Shown here: piece after piece, positions 25,294 to 28,513 of the stretch
How positions within the stretch are numbered: position 1 is the stretch's first letter
How the letters are laid out: each line of letters opens with the position of its first letter
Source: a virus
Taxonomy: Duplodnaviria; Caudoviricetes
DNA length: 28,513 nucleotides
IMG/VR virus record: IMGVR_UViG_3300017911_001977
Span: 1 to 28,513 of that record
Direction: 5' to 3' (one strand)
The notes under the pieces: generated by a model
Told to the model about the DNA's origin: nothing
What the model saw: only the letters and a program-made list of their open reading frames with translations
Databases searched by the model: none
Position numbers and translations under genes: made by a program

Positions 25294-27179
25294 CAACAGC
25301 AACGGATAGATTAAACGGATTAATAGGTTCAGTTGGAATAAAACCGCCTGTTAAATTAGCTACAACAGCAAATATTACATTGTCAGGAGAGCAAACAATA
25401 GATGGCGTAACAGCTATTTCAGGCAATCGTATATTAGTTAAAAATCAAACAGACGGTACAGAAAACGGCATTTATATTGTTTCAACGTCAGACTGGAAAA
25501 GAGCAAGTGATTTTAATGGCGTTAATGACATTTTAAATGGTTCACAAATATATGTTGCATTAGGGAATGTAAACAATCGAAAAACTTATGCGGTTTCAAC
25601 GGAAAATCCAGTTATTGGAACAAGCGTTTTATCTTTTGTTCTTTTATCTGTAGAAAGTACGGACGATATTTTTATTACGGCTACAGGGTCAACAACAGCG
25701 CGCACTTTAAAAGACAGATTTTCAGAAATTAGAAATGTTAAAGATTGGGGTGCGGTTGGAGACGGTGCTACAAATGATACAACTGCAATTCAAGCTTGTA
25801 TAAATGTAGGTGAAGGCATTGTATTTTTTCCTAAAGGTACATACAATGTTACAGGACTTGATATTGGTAATAATGTTACGTTAGATGGGCAAGGATTTTC
25901 AAGTGCAATATTTTTAATTGCAAATTCTAACCGTTCAGTTTTTCGTACTGTGCCTAGCGGTTCACAAGTTTTTAATCTAACAATTAGAAATTTATTTATT
26001 GATGGAAATTACAGCAATCAAACCGCAGGAACAGAAGTTCATGGTATAGAGTTATTTGGCTCTATTAACGCTAGAATTTATAATTGTGAAATATATCGTT
26101 GTTTAGAAAATGGGATATATTGTTATGGTGATAGCAGTACTTTATGTGTAGATACATATATTTACAATAATAAAATATTTGATGTAGGACGCATAGGTAT
26201 TGAATTTGGGGTGTTTTCAGCAACATTAGAATGTCATGGAAATCTTGTAGGTCCTATAAATAATCAAACTTCATCTCTTTTTGGAATACGAATAAGTAAT
26301 GTTGATACAAGGGTTTATGGAAATCATATATTTAGTGCAAAAATAACAAATATACAAATTGATAGAGTAGTTAATGCGCAAGTTTTTGGAAACCATTTAG
26401 AAAGCTCAAGGGGGCATGGATTGATTGCGGCAGGCTCAAAGCAAGCTATTATTTCCAATAATACAGTTGTTAAGTCAGGACGATCTAATAATCCTGCAAC
26501 GCCCAATACATATTCGGGTATATATATTAAAAAAGACGATTTAAACAATCCAAATTCTGATTTATTAATTATTGGAAATTCATGTCATTCAGAAGGGGTT
26601 CAAGAAAATAGCATTTTACTACAAAAATACGGCATTGAAATTGCAAGCAATGACGCAATTAACAATGGAATTATAGCCCATAATAATAACAATGGAAATG
26701 CAACAGGCGGTATAAATAAATTATCGTTAAATGGTGTTTTTATTGAAAATAATTTGCCTTTAAATGAGTTTTTTTCAAATAATGTTGAATATTATGATGT
26801 TCAAGCTAATACCCCATTAACTAAAACTTTAACAATTAATGTTCAAGCTGTGTTAGGGGCTTTTTTGCAAGGCCCAGTATGTGTTTTTGATATATATTTA
26901 GGATATAATGAGGCAACATTAACACAAGAAGGGCGTATGGTTCATATAGAATTGCATATTTCTAAAATTACAAGTGGCTTGTTTGTAACAAATTTTAATG
27001 TGGTATCAAGCACAACAGATCAGCCAGTTTATACAGTAACAAGAAGCGTTGATACAAATACACAAATGACATTAAATATAGAAATAACTTCGCAAAGAGG
27101 TATATATATTAAATCTTCTCAAAAAAAATTAGCAATTGCACCTAGATCATATTTTACATACACTCAATCTTTATCATAG
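25290..27179 (+). CDS. Tailspike / receptor-binding protein with a right-handed beta-helix (putative polysaccharide depolymerase)
   Basis: N-terminal anchor ATTANITLSGEQTIDGV..RILVKNQT...NGIY; pectate_lyase_3-type VKDWGAVGDGATNDTTAIQ and FFPKGTY; repeated I.GN/I.NN strands. ATGA overlap with the upstream gene. Confidence 0.88.
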   Translation: MTTATDRLNGLIGSVGIKPPVKLATTANITLSGEQTIDGVTAISGNRILVKNQTDGTENGIYIVSTSDWKRASDFNGVNDILNGSQIYVALGNVNNRKTYAVSTENPVIGTSVLSFVLLSVESTDDIFITATGSTTARTLKDRFSEIRNVKDWGAVGDGATNDTTAIQACINVGEGIVFFPKGTYNVTGLDIGNNVTLDGQGFSSAIFLIANSNRSVFRTVPSGSQVFNLTIRNLFIDGNYSNQTAGTEVHGIELFGSINARIYNCEIYRCLENGIYCYGDSSTLCVDTYIYNNKIFDVGRIGIEFGVFSATLECHGNLVGPINNQTSSLFGIRISNVDTRVYGNHIFSAKITNIQIDRVVNAQVFGNHLESSRGHGLIAAGSKQAIISNNTVVKSGRSNNPATPNTYSGIYIKKDDLNNPNSDLLIIGNSCHSEGVQENSILLQKYGIEIASNDAINNGIIAHNNNNGNATGGINKLSLNGVFIENNLPLNEFFSNNVEYYDVQANTPLTKTLTINVQAVLGAFLQGPVCVFDIYLGYNEATLTQEGRMVHIELHISKITSGLFVTNFNVVSSTTDQPVYTVTRSVDTNTQMTLNIEITSQRGIYIKSSQKKLAIAPRSYFTYTQSLS

Positions 27180-27188
27180 GAAAAAATT

Positions 27189-27443
27189 ATGGCTACTATT
27201 GAAACATGGTGTACTAGAACACTTTTAACTGGAGGCGTTGCGGTTCAAGTAAAAGGTACTGGGATTTTTAGAATAACATCTACTGGCCTTTCTGATATTC
27301 AAACATCAGATTCAAGTAATGGTACATTTACAAATGATTTTTCTGTGAACGCTGGTGACGCTAAAGATAGAGTTTTAAACCCTAATATTTGGCTAAAACC
27401 AACAGCAAATTGTTATATACAATTAGTTATAGAGCATCCATAA
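27189..27443 (+). CDS. Small beta-rich tail-associated hypothetical protein
   Basis: 84 aa, RBS AGGA, lies between the tailspike and the LamG-like gene. Confidence 0.65.
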   Translation: MATIETWCTRTLLTGGVAVQVKGTGIFRITSTGLSDIQTSDSSNGTFTNDFSVNAGDAKDRVLNPNIWLKPTANCYIQLVIEHP

Positions 27444-27444
27444 T

Positions 27445-28218
27445 ATGTTACATAATAAAAAAACAAAAAGCTTTTTTGTTATTAGCAATTATATTAATTC
27501 TAAATCTCTTTTTTTACCGACAAATATATCTAATATTGTAGCGTGGTTTGATCCATCTTTTTTAGATACTGTAGTAACACATGGTCATACTCATGTTAGC
27601 GAATTATTAAATAAAACAAATAATAATAATTTAACTGCTACAGGTTCGCACCAACCGTCAACAGGTATTAATAGTTTGAATGGCTTGAATGTTTTAGACT
27701 ATGCTGGTGATTGGTTTGTGTTGCCATCTAATATTTATTTGTTACCCGAGGGTGACTATTCAATGTATATTTTAGCAAAACAGGATGGTTCAGGAGGGTC
27801 ACGTTTAGTTAATTTTCAAACATCTGGAACGGTTGCAGGATTGCAATACCTTACAACATCAGATCAAGTAAAATTTATTAGCGGTAATAGTACAGGGGTA
27901 ACAGCAACAGGTGTCACGAAAACAAATTGGAATTTATTTTCTTGCAGGCGTTCAGGAACAAGCCTTACATTACAAGTAAACGGAGGGGCAGATTTTGAAT
28001 CGTCAGAAGGCGTAAACACTACCCCTACAAGCGGTAACATAGCTACCTTTTTAAATGGCATAGCAGGTAATTTTAACGGCAATATATCAGCAATGATATT
28101 TTATAATAAAATACTTTCTGATAGTGAATCTGATAAAATAGAGGGATATATTATGCATAGGTTTGGTTTAAAAGGATATTTACCGTCAGATCATGCATAC
28201 AAAAATTTAATACCATAA
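27445..28218 (+). CDS. Concanavalin A/LamG-like lectin-domain tail protein
   Basis: AWFD.S, NGLNVL, L.VNG, F.G.I.....YNK.LS..E...IEGY...FGL motifs. Confidence 0.75.
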   Translation: MLHNKKTKSFFVISNYINSKSLFLPTNISNIVAWFDPSFLDTVVTHGHTHVSELLNKTNNNNLTATGSHQPSTGINSLNGLNVLDYAGDWFVLPSNIYLLPEGDYSMYILAKQDGSGGSRLVNFQTSGTVAGLQYLTTSDQVKFISGNSTGVTATGVTKTNWNLFSCRRSGTSLTLQVNGGADFESSEGVNTTPTSGNIATFLNGIAGNFNGNISAMIFYNKILSDSESDKIEGYIMHRFGLKGYLPSDHAYKNLIP

Positions 28219-28227
28219 AGAGTTTAT

Positions 28228-28513
28228 ATGATTAAAAAATTAACAGCATTATTTATTTTTTCAACTAACATTTTAAATGCTCAAGAAATTAAGGTTAATT
28301 TACCGATTGGTACATTGCCTATGAATCAAAGAGATAATGGTGAGAATTGGAATAAATATAATTTTGGTGAAACAGGTGGGCTTTCATATCTTACAACGCC
28401 TGATTATTGGGGTAATCAGTTTGGGGGAACCATTAATTATTATGACAAAAATATTTTTGGCAATAATTCAGCTATAGCAACGCTTGATTATCAAAATACA
28501 GTATATGAAGATG
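28228..28513 (+). CDS. Partial exported protein with a signal peptide, possibly a small outer-membrane beta-barrel
   Basis: Hand-translated MIKKLTALFIFSTNILNA|QEIKVNLPIGTLPMNQRDNGENWNKYNFGETGGLSYLTTPDYWGNQFGGTINYYDKNIFGNNSAIATLDYQNTVYED; open to the window end. Confidence 0.7.
   Translation, partial: MIKKLTALFIFSTNILNAQEIKVNLPIGTLPMNQRDNGENWNKYNFGETGGLSYLTTPDYWGNQFGGTINYYDKNIFGNNSAIATLDYQNTVYED

Larger units (their letters stand above)
1..28513. mobile_element. Podovirus-like dsDNA phage/prophage region (packaging, head, tail and ejection modules plus an early accessory cassette)
   Basis: Colinear TerS-TerL-portal-scaffold-MCP-adaptor-nozzle-internal virion proteins-tailspike. No tape measure, sheath or tube genes and no host housekeeping genes seen. 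Confidence 0.95.

Noticed and set aside
4696-28082. Numerous 60-95 aa minus-strand or alternate-frame ORFs inside structural genes
   Set aside because: They are nested in or overlap well-supported + strand genes, with composition typical of antisense shadows in AT-rich DNA.
1-28513. Alternative genetic code, introns or inteins
   Set aside because: All core genes are full length under the standard code with tight TAATG/ATGA coupling; no intein or intron motifs were seen in TerL, portal or MCP.

Overview
This is an AT-rich segment of a tailed dsDNA phage or prophage with a podovirus-type virion module. The gene order resembles BPP-1/epsilon15/T7: TerS, TerL, small basic proteins, portal, Bbp19-like protein, scaffold, major capsid, probable decoration protein, adaptor, nozzle, GNAT-like protein, three ejection proteins, a beta-helix tailspike and a LamG-like tail protein. 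A signal-peptide ORF is cut off at the right edge. Upstream are a DUF1064-type nuclease and a four-gene minus-strand cassette (stand-alone ArdC-N, an IxAxx solenoid protein, two HTH proteins) driven from a divergent promoter region. The most notable item is the 2448-aa ejection/polyvalent protein. It carries two tandem ADP-ribosyltransferase-like modules of apparently different catalytic class, bounded by repeated (L/Y)-(F/Y)-Q junctions and followed directly by an HExxH metallopeptidase. Other points of interest are a near-perfect sigma70 promoter with a multi-hairpin leader before the capsid gene, a 12-bp palindrome shared by two late promoter regions, a frame-shifting 68-bp tandem duplication in a Cro-like gene, and a Trp-rich hydrophobic insertion in the DUF1064 nuclease. 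I see no integrase, lysis cassette, reverse transcriptase, CRISPR array, tRNA or rRNA. All family calls come from motif recognition by eye; no searches were run.
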